Shown here: in pieces, positions 25,679-34,818 of the stretch
How positions within the stretch are numbered: position 1 is the stretch's first letter
Layout of the letters: each line of letters begins with the position of its first letter
Assembly: GCA_034664395.1 (NCBI GenBank)
Contig: JAXDHQ010000015.1
Span: 705 to 64,704, forward strand
DNA from: Solirubrobacteraceae bacterium
Lineage (GTDB): Bacteria > Actinomycetota > Thermoleophilia > Solirubrobacterales > Solirubrobacteraceae
Length of the DNA stretch: 64,000 bases
Direction of reading: 5' to 3'
Notes under the pieces: model-generated
Seen by the model: only the letters and a program-made list of their open reading frames with translations
What the model was told of the DNA's origin: nothing
Database searches by the model: none
Made by a program: the position numbers and the translations under genes

Positions 25679-26590
25679 GTGACCGAACCGCGCCGCAACG
25701 TGGAGGTCAAGGCCCGCGACGCCGAGCCCGGCCGGACGCTCGAGCGGGCGCTGGCCCTCGGCGCGTCCGACGAGGGCGTCCTGCGCCAGCGCGACACGTA
25801 CTTCGGCGACGCCCGCGGGCGCCTGAAGCTGCGCGAGCAGGACGGGCCCGACGGCCGCGAGGCGTGGCTGATCGCCTACGCCCGGCCCGACGGCGCGACC
25901 GCGCGCATCAGCGAGTACCGGCTCGCGCCCGTCGGCGACCCCGACGCGCTGCGCGAGGCGCTCGACGCCGCCCTGGGCACCGTCGTCGTCGTCGAGAAGC
26001 GCCGCCACCTCCTGCTCTTCGAGGACGTCCGCATCCACCTCGACGACGTCGAGGGCCTGGGCGCGTTCGTCGAGCTCGAGGGCGTCGCGCCGCCCGAGTC
26101 CGACCTGACGCGCGAGCACGAGCTCGTCGCGACGCTGAGCGAGGAGCTGGCGCTCGGCGAGCGCGTCGCCGGCTCGTACTCCGACCTGCTCCTCGACGGG
26201 CCGCAGGCGCTGCTGGCCGCCGCCGAGCGGGCGATGCGCCACGCCCACGCGCCCTACTCGCAGTTCCCGGTCGGGGCCGCGCTGCGCACGCCGTCGGGTG
26301 CCGTGTACGTCGGGGCCAACGTCGAGAACGTCGCCTTCCCCCAGGGCCAGTGCGCGGAGGCGTCGGCGATCGGCGCGCTGGTCGCCGCCGGCGACACCGA
26401 GATCGCCGCCGTCGCGGTCGTGGCCGAGAAGCTCGACATCTGCCCGCCGTGCGGCGGCTGCCGCCAGCGCCTGCGCGAGTTCGCGCGTCCCGACACGCCG
26501 GTGTACCTCGGACGGCCGGGCGGCCCGCTTCGGACGACCACGGTCGGAGAGCTGCTGCCGCTGGCGTTCGACGAGGAAGCGCTCGGGTGA
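25679..26590 (+). CDS. cdd: CYTH-domain (class IV adenylate cyclase / triphosphatase-like) - cytidine deaminase fusion protein
   Basis: A single 303-aa ORF (GTG 25679). The N-terminal ~175 aa, ..NVEVKARD..RQRDTYF..RGRLKLRE..LLFEDVRIHLDDVEGLGAFVELE.., is CYTH-like. The C-terminal ~125 aa, ..APYSQFPVGAAL..VENVAFPQGQCAEASAIGA..CPPCGGCRQ.., is a homotetrameric-type Cdd with CAE and PCxxC zinc ligands. There is no in-frame ATG/GTG at the junction. Confidence 0.8.
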   Translation: MTEPRRNVEVKARDAEPGRTLERALALGASDEGVLRQRDTYFGDARGRLKLREQDGPDGREAWLIAYARPDGATARISEYRLAPVGDPDALREALDAALGTVVVVEKRRHLLLFEDVRIHLDDVEGLGAFVELEGVAPPESDLTREHELVATLSEELALGERVAGSYSDLLLDGPQALLAAAERAMRHAHAPYSQFPVGAALRTPSGAVYVGANVENVAFPQGQCAEASAIGALVAAGDTEIAAVAVVAEKLDICPPCGGCRQRLREFARPDTPVYLGRPGGPLRTTTVGELLPLAFDEEALG

Positions 26591-27384
26591 GCGATGCCGG
26601 CGCCCTCCTGCGCGCGCACGGAGCCCCGCGCGTCGGGATCGTCCTCGGCTCGGGCCTGGGCGCGGTGGCCGACGCGGTGCAGGACGCGGTCGACGTCGGC
26701 TACGAGGAGCTGCCCGGCTTCCCCAGGCCGACGGTCGCCGGGCACGCCGGGCGCGCCGTGCTCGGCCGCCTGGGCGGCGTGCGGGTGTGCGTGCTGATGG
26801 GCCGCGCCCACCTCTACGAGGGCGGCGACCCGGCGCCGCGCGTGACGCCGATCCGCGCCCTGCGCGCCGCGGGCGCCGACACGCTGGTCCTCACCAACGC
26901 GGCCGGCTCGCTGCGCCCCGAGGTCGGGCCGGGGCGGCTGATGGCGATCGCCGACCACATCAACCTCACCGGCCACAACCCGCTCGTCGGGCCCAACGAC
27001 GACGCGGTCGGCCCGCGCTTCCCGAGCCTGCGCGACGCCTACGACCCCGAGCTGCGCGCGCGACTGCACGCCGCCGCCCGCCAGCACGGGATCGACCTCG
27101 CCGAGGGCGTCTACCTCGCCGTGAGCGGGCCGAGCTTCGAGACGCCGGCCGAGATCCGCGCCTTCCGCACGCTGGGCGCCGACGCGGTCGGCATGTCGAC
27201 CGTCCACGAGACGATCCTCGCCCGGCACGCCGGCCTGCGCGTCGCGGCCGTCTCGGCGATCTCCAACCTGGCCGAGGGCATGTCGGACGTCCCGCTCAGC
27301 CACGAGCAGACGCTGGCCGACGCCCAGCGCGCCGCCGGCGACCTCGCCACCCTCCTGGAGACGTTCGTGGGGGGCCTGGCCTAG
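26587..27384 (+). CDS. punA: Purine nucleoside phosphorylase (PunA/PNP-I type)
   Basis: GTG 26587 (GTGA overlap) within ORF 24880..27384: ..GIVLGSGLG.., ..GRAHLYEG.., ..VSGPSFETPAEIR.., ..GADAVGMSTVHE.. Confidence 0.9.
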   Translation: MSDAGALLRAHGAPRVGIVLGSGLGAVADAVQDAVDVGYEELPGFPRPTVAGHAGRAVLGRLGGVRVCVLMGRAHLYEGGDPAPRVTPIRALRAAGADTLVLTNAAGSLRPEVGPGRLMAIADHINLTGHNPLVGPNDDAVGPRFPSLRDAYDPELRARLHAAARQHGIDLAEGVYLAVSGPSFETPAEIRAFRTLGADAVGMSTVHETILARHAGLRVAAVSAISNLAEGMSDVPLSHEQTLADAQRAAGDLATLLETFVGGLA

Positions 27385-28676
27385 TGCTCGTCCAGGAGCT
27401 GCTGCGCCGCAAGCGCGACGGCCGCGCGCTCGGCGACGACGAGATCGCGTTCCTCGTGACCGGGATCGCCGACGGCTCGATGAGCGACGCCCAGGTCGGG
27501 GCGCTGGCGATGGCCGTCGTGACCCAGGGGATGACGGCGCAGGAGCGCGTCGCGCTGACCGGCGCGATGACCCGCTCGGGCGAGGTCCTGCGCTGGGACC
27601 TCGACCGCCCGGTGCTCGACAAGCACTCCACCGGCGGCGTCGGCGACAAGGTCTCGCTGCTGCTGGCCCCGATCGTCGCCGCCTGCGGCGGCGCGGTGCC
27701 GATGATCTCCGGCCGTGGCCTGGGCCACACCGGCGGGACGCTCGACAAGCTCGACGCCATCCCCGGCTACGACACCGCGCCGGACCGCGACCGGTTCGCC
27801 GCCACGGTGCGCGACGCGGGCTGCGCGATCATCGGCCAGACCGCCGACCTGGCGCCCGCCGATCGCCGCCTGTACGCCATCCGCGACGCGACGGGCACGG
27901 TCGAGTCGATCCCGCTGATCGTCGCCTCGATCCTCTCCAAGAAGCTCGCCGCGGGCCTCGACGCGCTGGTCATGGACGTCAAGGTCGGCTCCGGCGCGTT
28001 CCTGCCCGAGCTCGACCAGGCGCGCGAGCTGGCCGCGGCGATCGTCGAGGTCGCGGGCGGCAACGGCCTGCCGACGGCCGCCCTGCTCACCGACATGGAC
28101 TGCGTCCTCGGCCGCACGGCGGGCAACGCCGTCGAGGTCCGCGAGGCGATCGACCACCTCACCGGCGCGGCGAGCGACCCGCGGCTGGTCGACGTCACCG
28201 TGGCGCTAAGCGAGCGCCTGCTCGCGCTCGCCGGCCTCGACGGCGACCCGCGCGCGGCGCTCGAGACGGGCGCCGCGGCCGAGCGCTTCGCGCGGATGGT
28301 GTCGGCCCTCGGCGGCCCGGCGGACCTGCTCGAGCGCCCCGACGCCCACCTCCCCCGCGCCGCGGTCGTCCGCGAGGCGCACGCCGAGCGCGACGGCGTC
28401 GTCGCCGGGATCGACGTCCGCGCCGTCGGGCTGGCCGTCATCGACCTCGGCGGCGGGCGCCGGCGCGAGGACGACGCCATCGACCACGCCGTCGGCCTCA
28501 CCGACGTCGCCGCGCCCGGCGAGCGCGTCGGCCCGGGCACCCGTCCGCTGGCCGTCGTCCACGCCCGCAGCGACGAGGATGCCGGCCGGGCCGCGCTCGC
28601 CCTGCGCGAGGCGTTCCGGGTCGGCGACCGCGCCGGCGATCCCAACCCCGTCGTGCTCGAGACCCTGGGGGCCTGA
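27384..28676 (+). CDS. deoA: Thymidine (pyrimidine-nucleoside) phosphorylase
   Basis: GTG 27384 (overlaps the punA stop) within ORF 26298..28676, 430 aa: ..DKHSTGGVGDKVSL.., ..GRGLGHTGGTLDKL.. Confidence 0.92.
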   Translation: MLVQELLRRKRDGRALGDDEIAFLVTGIADGSMSDAQVGALAMAVVTQGMTAQERVALTGAMTRSGEVLRWDLDRPVLDKHSTGGVGDKVSLLLAPIVAACGGAVPMISGRGLGHTGGTLDKLDAIPGYDTAPDRDRFAATVRDAGCAIIGQTADLAPADRRLYAIRDATGTVESIPLIVASILSKKLAAGLDALVMDVKVGSGAFLPELDQARELAAAIVEVAGGNGLPTAALLTDMDCVLGRTAGNAVEVREAIDHLTGAASDPRLVDVTVALSERLLALAGLDGDPRAALETGAAAERFARMVSALGGPADLLERPDAHLPRAAVVREAHAERDGVVAGIDVRAVGLAVIDLGGGRRREDDAIDHAVGLTDVAAPGERVGPGTRPLAVVHARSDEDAGRAALALREAFRVGDRAGDPNPVVLETLGA

Positions 28677-28679
28677 GCC

Positions 28680-29669
28680 GTGGCCGTGCCCAAGGCCGAG
28701 CTGCACGTCCACCTCGAGGGCACCGCCACCCCCGACCTCGTGCGGCGGATCGCCGCGCGCAACGGCCTGAGCGTCCCCGACGGCGTCTTCGCCGCGCCCG
28801 ACCGCTTCGCCTGGCGCGACTTCCTGGACTTCCTGGCCACCTACGACCTCGCCGCGAGCGTCGTCCGCACGGGCGAGGACTACCGCGACATCGCCTATGA
28901 GTACCTGGCCGCCAGCGCACGCGACGGCGTGATCTACGCCGAGCTGACCGCCTCACTCGACCACGCGCGCCGGGCCGGCATGAGCGCGAACGAGCTGTGG
29001 GAGGGCGTCGCGGCCGGCATCGACGACGCCCGCCGCGACCACGGCATCGAGGCGCGCATCCTCAGCATCGCCGTGCGGCACTACGGCGTCGACGCCGCAC
29101 TGGCCGTCGCCGAGCACACCGCGTCGCGGCCGCATCCGTACGTCGTCGGCTTCTCGCTGGGCGGTGACGAGGCGGGCTACCCCCCGGGCCAGTTCGCCGA
29201 GGCCTACCGGATCGTGGTGGACGCCGGCCTCGGCGCCACCGTCCACGCCGGCGAGTGGGCGGGCGCCGAGTCCGTCCGCGCCGCGATCGCGCTGCCGGTG
29301 ACCCGCGTCAGCCACGGCGTGCGCGCGATCGAGGACCCCGAGCTGGTGGCCGAGCTGGCCCGCAGGCGGATCGTGCTCGAGGTGTGCCCGACGAGCAACG
29401 TCGCCCTCGGGATCTTCCCCAGCTTCGCCGAGCACCCGTTCCCCGCGCTGCGCGCGGCCGGCGTCCCGCTGACCCTCGGCTCCGACGATCCGCCCTACTT
29501 CGGGGCCAGCGTCGCCGGCGAGTACGAGGTGGCCAGCCGCCACTTCGGACTCGATGACGAGGGCCTCGTCGAGCTCACCGCAACGGCCGTCCAGGCGAGC
29601 TTCGCCGAGCCCGCGCTGCGCCACCGACTTATGACGGTCCTAACCAATGAGGTCGACCTGCCGCTATAG
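28680..29669 (+). CDS. add: Adenosine deaminase
   Basis: 329 aa, GTG start: ..KAELHVHLEGT.., ..HAGE.., ..TLGSDDPPYF.. Confidence 0.9.
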   Translation: MAVPKAELHVHLEGTATPDLVRRIAARNGLSVPDGVFAAPDRFAWRDFLDFLATYDLAASVVRTGEDYRDIAYEYLAASARDGVIYAELTASLDHARRAGMSANELWEGVAAGIDDARRDHGIEARILSIAVRHYGVDAALAVAEHTASRPHPYVVGFSLGGDEAGYPPGQFAEAYRIVVDAGLGATVHAGEWAGAESVRAAIALPVTRVSHGVRAIEDPELVAELARRRIVLEVCPTSNVALGIFPSFAEHPFPALRAAGVPLTLGSDDPPYFGASVAGEYEVASRHFGLDDEGLVELTATAVQASFAEPALRHRLMTVLTNEVDLPL

Positions 29670-29730
29670 ATTGCGGCGACCAGCCGGCACAGGGAGGCCG
29701 GGTTTCTGCGAGGAGCACGAAGGAGGAGCA

Positions 29731-30789
29731 GTGCACCGTAGGACCTCTCGGGCGACCGTGATCGCCCTCATCCTGGCCGTCGCCAGCTTCGCGGTGGCGG
29801 CCTGTGGCAGCAGCTGTTCCAGCAGCTCGAGCGGTACGAGCTCGAGCGCGTCCACGCCCGCGGCCGCCAAGAAGATCAAGGTCGGCCTCGTCACCGACAT
29901 CGGCGGCCTCAACGACCGCTCGTTCAACGCGCTGGCCAACAAGGGCCTGCAGGACGCCGAGAAGCAGCTCGGCATCCAGGGCCGCGTGCTGATCTCGAAG
30001 TCCAACGCCGACTACGTGCCCAACCTGAGCACGCTGGCCAACCAGAAGTACGACATGGTGATCGCGGTCGGGTTCCTGATGGCCGACGCCACCGAGAAGG
30101 TCGCCAAGAAGTTCCCCAACGTGAAGTTCGCGATCATCGACTCGTCGGCGGCGGCGATGAAGAGCAAGCCCACGAACGTCGAGGGCCTGCTGTTCAAGGA
30201 GCAGGAGGCCGGCTACCTCGTCGGGTACCTCTCGGGCCTGTACGCCAAGGACAACAAGGTGACGACGATCGGCAGCATCGGCGGGCTGAAGATCCCGCCG
30301 GTCGACCACTACATCGCCGGATACCAGGCGGGCGCCAAGGCCGCCGACCCGTCGATCAAGACGCTCAACGGCTACTCCCAGGACTTCGTCGACCAGGCGA
30401 AGTGCAAGGAGATCGCGCTCGACCAGATCTCCAAGGGCGCGAAGGTCGTCTTCCAGGTCGCGGGCCAGTGCGGCCTCGGCGTCCTCGACGCGGCCAAGGA
30501 GAAGAGCGTCCAGGGCATCGGCGTCGACGCCGACCAGGCCTACCTCGGCCCGCAGGTGTTCACCAGCGCGCTGAAGAAGGTCGACGTCGCCGTCCTCACC
30601 TCGATCAAGGGCGTCCAGGACGGCACGTACAAGGGCGGACAGGACGTCATCAACAGCGTCCAGTCCGGCGGCATCGGCTACGGCAAGCTCAACGCCGCCG
30701 CCCAGAAGTACGCCGCCCAGGTCAAGGCCGTCCAGGACAAGATCTCCAGCGGGTCGATCTCCAACATCCCGGACACGGTCAAGGGGTAG
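29731..30789 (+). CDS. BMP-family lipoprotein, nucleoside-binding component of ABC transporter (PnrA-like)
   Basis: GTG 29731 is preceded by AGGAGGAG. Signal peptide with lipobox ..FAVAAC-GSS, a Ser-rich linker, then a BMP-family body (..VGLVTDIGGLNDRSFN..). Confidence 0.85.
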   Translation: MHRRTSRATVIALILAVASFAVAACGSSCSSSSSGTSSSASTPAAAKKIKVGLVTDIGGLNDRSFNALANKGLQDAEKQLGIQGRVLISKSNADYVPNLSTLANQKYDMVIAVGFLMADATEKVAKKFPNVKFAIIDSSAAAMKSKPTNVEGLLFKEQEAGYLVGYLSGLYAKDNKVTTIGSIGGLKIPPVDHYIAGYQAGAKAADPSIKTLNGYSQDFVDQAKCKEIALDQISKGAKVVFQVAGQCGLGVLDAAKEKSVQGIGVDADQAYLGPQVFTSALKKVDVAVLTSIKGVQDGTYKGGQDVINSVQSGGIGYGKLNAAAQKYAAQVKAVQDKISSGSISNIPDTVKG

Positions 30790-30804
30790 GGAGCCGCCGC
30801 CGGA

Positions 30805-32346
30805 ATGCAGGCCAGTGCCCTCGAGCTGCGCGGGATCACGAAGCGCTTCGGGTCGATCGTCGCCAACGACGGCGTCGACTTCGACCTGAGGCCCGGCGAG
30901 GTCCACGCGCTGCTCGGGGAGAACGGCGCCGGCAAGTCGACGCTGATGAGCGTCCTCTACGGGCTCTACCGGCCCGACGAGGGCGAGATCCGCGTCGACG
31001 GCCGGCCCGTGACCATCGGATCGCCGCTCGAGGCCATCGAGCTCGGCATCGGGATGGTCCACCAGCACTTCATGCTCGTCCCGGTCATGACCGTGGCCGA
31101 GAACATCGTGCTGGCCAAGGAGCCGCGGCGCGGCGCCCTCCTGGACGTCGAGGGCGCCGCCGCGCGCGTGCGCGAGCTGTCGCAGCGCTATGGCCTCGTG
31201 GTCGACCCGGAGGCGCGGGTCGAGGACGTGAGCGTCGGCATGCAGCAGCGGGTCGAGATCCTGCGCGCCCTGTACCGCGGGGCGCGGATCCTCGTGCTCG
31301 ACGAGCCGACGGCGGTCCTGACCGCCCAGGAGGCGCGTGACCTCTTCCGGGTGCTGGAGGCGCTCAAGGCCGACGGCACCGGCATCGTCTTCATCTCGCA
31401 CAAGCTCAACGAGGTGCTGGAGATCGCCGACCGCGTGACCGTCCTGCGGCGCGGCAAGCGCATCGACACGGTCCCCGCGGAGGGCGCGACCGAGGAGTCC
31501 CTGGCCCGCCTGATGGTCGGCCGCGAGGTGCTCCTGCGCGTCGACAAGCCGCCGGCCCAGCCCAGGGAGCCGGTGCTCGAGGTTCGCGACCTCGCCGTGC
31601 GCGACGACCGCGACCTGCCCGCCGTGCGCGGCGCCTCGCTCACCGTCCACGCCGGCGAGATCGTGGCGCTGGCCGGCGTCGACGGCAACGGCCAGCGCGA
31701 GCTCGTCGAGGCGATCACCGGCCTGCGGCCCGCCGAGGCGGGCTCGATCGTCGTCGCCGGCACCGACCTGACCTCCGCCGGCGCGCGCGGGATGGTCCGC
31801 CACGGCGTGTCGCACATCGCCGAGGACCGCCAGCGCCGCGGCCTGATCCTGCACTTCACGCTGGCCGAGAACCTGGCGCTGCGCGAGTACAACACGCCGA
31901 CGATGTCCCGGCACGGCTGGCTGCTCACGAACCGCATGCGCGAGCGCGCCCGGACCCTGATCGCCGAGTACGACGTGCGCGGCGGCGGCCCGAGCTCGCT
32001 GGCAGCGTCGCTCTCGGGCGGCAACCAGCAGAAGGTCGTCATCGCGCGCGAGATCGCCTCCAACCCGCGCGTGCTCGTGGCCGCCCAGCCGACCCGCGGC
32101 CTCGACGTGGGGGCGATCGAGTTCGTCCACCGCCGCCTGGTCGCCGAGCGCGACGCCGGCCGCGGGATCCTGCTGGTGTCGCTGGAGTTCGACGAGGTGC
32201 GCTCGCTGGCCGACCGCATCCTCGTCATCTACGAGGGCGAGATCGTGGGCGAGTTCGGGCCCGACGTCTCCGAGGAGGAGCTCGGCATCGCGATGACCGG
32301 CGGCGGGCGGGGCCACCTGCGCGGCGCGTCGAGGACGGCGCCGTGA
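30805..32346 (+). CDS. ABC transporter ATP-binding protein, duplicated ATPase (nucleoside/simple-sugar type)
   Basis: 513 aa. Walker [10 protein letters not shown], signature LSGGNQQK, two ABC domains. Confidence 0.9.
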   Translation: MQASALELRGITKRFGSIVANDGVDFDLRPGEVHALLGENGAGKSTLMSVLYGLYRPDEGEIRVDGRPVTIGSPLEAIELGIGMVHQHFMLVPVMTVAENIVLAKEPRRGALLDVEGAAARVRELSQRYGLVVDPEARVEDVSVGMQQRVEILRALYRGARILVLDEPTAVLTAQEARDLFRVLEALKADGTGIVFISHKLNEVLEIADRVTVLRRGKRIDTVPAEGATEESLARLMVGREVLLRVDKPPAQPREPVLEVRDLAVRDDRDLPAVRGASLTVHAGEIVALAGVDGNGQRELVEAITGLRPAEAGSIVVAGTDLTSAGARGMVRHGVSHIAEDRQRRGLILHFTLAENLALREYNTPTMSRHGWLLTNRMRERARTLIAEYDVRGGGPSSLAASLSGGNQQKVVIAREIASNPRVLVAAQPTRGLDVGAIEFVHRRLVAERDAGRGILLVSLEFDEVRSLADRILVIYEGEIVGEFGPDVSEEELGIAMTGGGRGHLRGASRTAP

Positions 32347-33608
32347 GCGACGACCTCGAGCCCCAGCCCGGCCAGGCGCTGGCCGGCGAGCCCGGCCCGG
32401 AGGCGGCGGCGACCACGCCGGCCGCCCGGCTGGCCGCCTACGTCCGCGCCGGCGGGGTGCTCGTGCCCGTCCTCACGGCGGGCCTGGCGTTCTTCATCGC
32501 CGGCCTGGTCATCTTCGTGACGGGCCACAACCCGTTCTCGACCTACAAGGCGATCTTCGACGGCACGGGCCTGAACTGGCTGCTGCCGTGGACCTCGAGC
32601 GCCGATCGGAGCACCGCGGCGCTCAACCTGCAGCAGACGCTGATCATCACGACGCCGCTGATCCTGGCCGGCCTGGCGGTCGCCTTCGCCTTCCGCTGCG
32701 GGCTGTTCAACATCGGCGGCCAGGGCCAGTACCTCGTCGGGTCCTACGTCGCGGTCTGGGTCGGCTCGTCGTTCGCCGGGATGCCGGCGGTGGCGCACAT
32801 CGTGCTGACGATCGTCGCCGCCACGGCGGCGGGCGCGGCGTGGGCAGCGATCGCCGGGCTGCTGAAGGCCACCGTCGGAGCCCACGAGGTCATCTCGACG
32901 ATCATGCTCAACTGGGTGGCGGTCTGGGTCGGCAGCTACCTGTTCGCGCTCCACGGGCCGCTGCAGAACAGCGACCCGACGCAGCAGTCGGTGCCCGTGT
33001 CCAGCGACGTCGCGGCCAGCGCCAAGCTGCCCGTCTTCTGGGGCGACCCCGAGCTCCAGGGCCTGCACGTCGGCCTCTTCATCGCGCTGGCGATGCTGAT
33101 CGTCTTCTGGGTGGTGCTGAACCGCTCGACCACCGGCTACGAGGTGCGCGCCGTCGGGCTCAACCCCGAGGCCGCGCGCTACGGCGGCATCAGCGTCGGG
33201 CGCAACTACGTGCTCGTCATGGCTGTGTGCGGCGCCTTCGCCGGCCTCGCCGGGTCGATGGACATCCTCGGCTGGGAGTTCCACGTCGCCACGAACGACA
33301 TCCAGGTCTCGCAGATCGGCTTCTTCGGCATCGCCGTGGCGCTCCTCGGGCGCAACACCGCGAGCGGGACGGCGGTGGCGGCGCTCTTGTTCGGCGCGCT
33401 GCTGAGCGGCACGTCGCAGCGCAACCTCGACCCGTCGATCTTCCAGCCCGAGCTGGCCTCGAACCTGACGCTCATCATCCAGGGGCTCGTCGTGCTGATC
33501 GTGAGCGCCGACGTCCTCGTGCTCGGCCTCGTACGCCGCGGGCGCGGGCTGCTGCGGCCGCGCCGGGGCGCCGCCGCCGCCGCGCCGCAGGAGGCCGAGG
33601 CCGCATGA
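32343..33608 (+). CDS. ABC transporter permease
   Basis: 421 aa, GTGA overlap with the ATPase gene. Multi-TM protein typical of BMP-associated permeases. Confidence 0.85.
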   Translation: MSDDLEPQPGQALAGEPGPEAAATTPAARLAAYVRAGGVLVPVLTAGLAFFIAGLVIFVTGHNPFSTYKAIFDGTGLNWLLPWTSSADRSTAALNLQQTLIITTPLILAGLAVAFAFRCGLFNIGGQGQYLVGSYVAVWVGSSFAGMPAVAHIVLTIVAATAAGAAWAAIAGLLKATVGAHEVISTIMLNWVAVWVGSYLFALHGPLQNSDPTQQSVPVSSDVAASAKLPVFWGDPELQGLHVGLFIALAMLIVFWVVLNRSTTGYEVRAVGLNPEAARYGGISVGRNYVLVMAVCGAFAGLAGSMDILGWEFHVATNDIQVSQIGFFGIAVALLGRNTASGTAVAALLFGALLSGTSQRNLDPSIFQPELASNLTLIIQGLVVLIVSADVLVLGLVRRGRGLLRPRRGAAAAAPQEAEAA

Positions 33609-34807
33609 GCACGGCCGTCGCCGCCGCGACGCCCCTGCGCGCGGTGCCGCCGCGCCGGGCCGGCTGGGCCGGCATCGCGCTCGGCGCCGTCGCCTGGTTC
33701 ATCGCGCTGCCGCCCGTCCTGCTGCGCACGCCGGTGCCGTCGATCCTCGTCGCCGCGCTGGCCGTGGCCGCCGGCGCGTGGGCGCTGCGCGGCGGGGAGC
33801 GGCGCCTCGGATGGGGCGCGATCGCCGCCGGCGCCGTCGGCGCCCTCGGCGCGGTGGCGGCGACGCAGTCGGGGACCGGGAACCTCGAGGCGGTGGTCAC
33901 GTGGTCGGCGCTCGTCGCGGCGACGCTGCGCTACGCCACCCCGCTGACCTTCGCGGCGCTCGGCGGGATCCTGTCCGAGCGCAGCGGCGTCATCAACGTC
34001 GGCCTCGAGGGCATGATGCTGATGGGCGCGTTCTTCGGGATCCTCGGCGCCGACCTGCTGGACTCGTGGTTCCTGGGCCTGCTCGTCGCCATGGCCGCGG
34101 GCGGCGCCCTGGCGCTCATCCACGCGTTCTTCGCCATCAACCTGCGCGCCGACCAGGTCGTGAGCGGCATGGCGCTGAACTTCCTGGCGCTCGGCGTCAC
34201 CGGCTACGTGTTCCTCGACCACTACGGCGACCAGGGCACGCCCGACAACGTGCCGCGCGTGCCCGACGTCTCGCTGCCGGGGATCAAGTCGATCGGCTTC
34301 GTCGGCGACGCGATCGGCAAGGCGAACCTGCTCACGTGGATCGCGCTGATCGGCGTCGTCGCGCTGGCCGTCTTCCTCTTCCGCACGCCGCGCGGCCTGC
34401 GCCTGCGCGCGGTCGGCGAGCATCCGCGGGCGGCGGAGACGGTCGGCATCTCCGTCCGCCGGACGCGCTACCTGGCGGTCGTGGCGTCGGGCGTCCTGGC
34501 CGCGATGGGCGGCGCCTACCTGTCGATCGCGTTCGTCGGCTCGTTCAACCAGGGCATGACCGCCGGACGCGGGTTCATCGCGCTCGCCGCCGTCATCTTC
34601 GGCAACTGGCGGCCCGGCGGGGCGCTGGCCGCGGCGCTGCTGTTCGGCTTCTCCAGCGCGCTCGCCCAGCGCCTGCCCGCCTTCTCGCCCTCGGGCGCCG
34701 TGCTGTTCCAGGCGCTGCCCTACGTCCTCACGCTGATCGCCGTCGCCGGCGTCATCGGGCGCTCGCGCCCGCCGGCCGCGGTGGGCCAGCCCTACGTCAA
34801 GGAATAA
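33605..34807 (+). CDS. ABC transporter permease (second subunit)
   Basis: ATG 33605 (ATGA overlap) within ORF 32588..34807, 400 aa, multi-TM. Confidence 0.85.
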   Translation: MSTAVAAATPLRAVPPRRAGWAGIALGAVAWFIALPPVLLRTPVPSILVAALAVAAGAWALRGGERRLGWGAIAAGAVGALGAVAATQSGTGNLEAVVTWSALVAATLRYATPLTFAALGGILSERSGVINVGLEGMMLMGAFFGILGADLLDSWFLGLLVAMAAGGALALIHAFFAINLRADQVVSGMALNFLALGVTGYVFLDHYGDQGTPDNVPRVPDVSLPGIKSIGFVGDAIGKANLLTWIALIGVVALAVFLFRTPRGLRLRAVGEHPRAAETVGISVRRTRYLAVVASGVLAAMGGAYLSIAFVGSFNQGMTAGRGFIALAAVIFGNWRPGGALAAALLFGFSSALAQRLPAFSPSGAVLFQALPYVLTLIAVAGVIGRSRPPAAVGQPYVKE

Positions 34808-34818
34808 CGTCCAGGACT

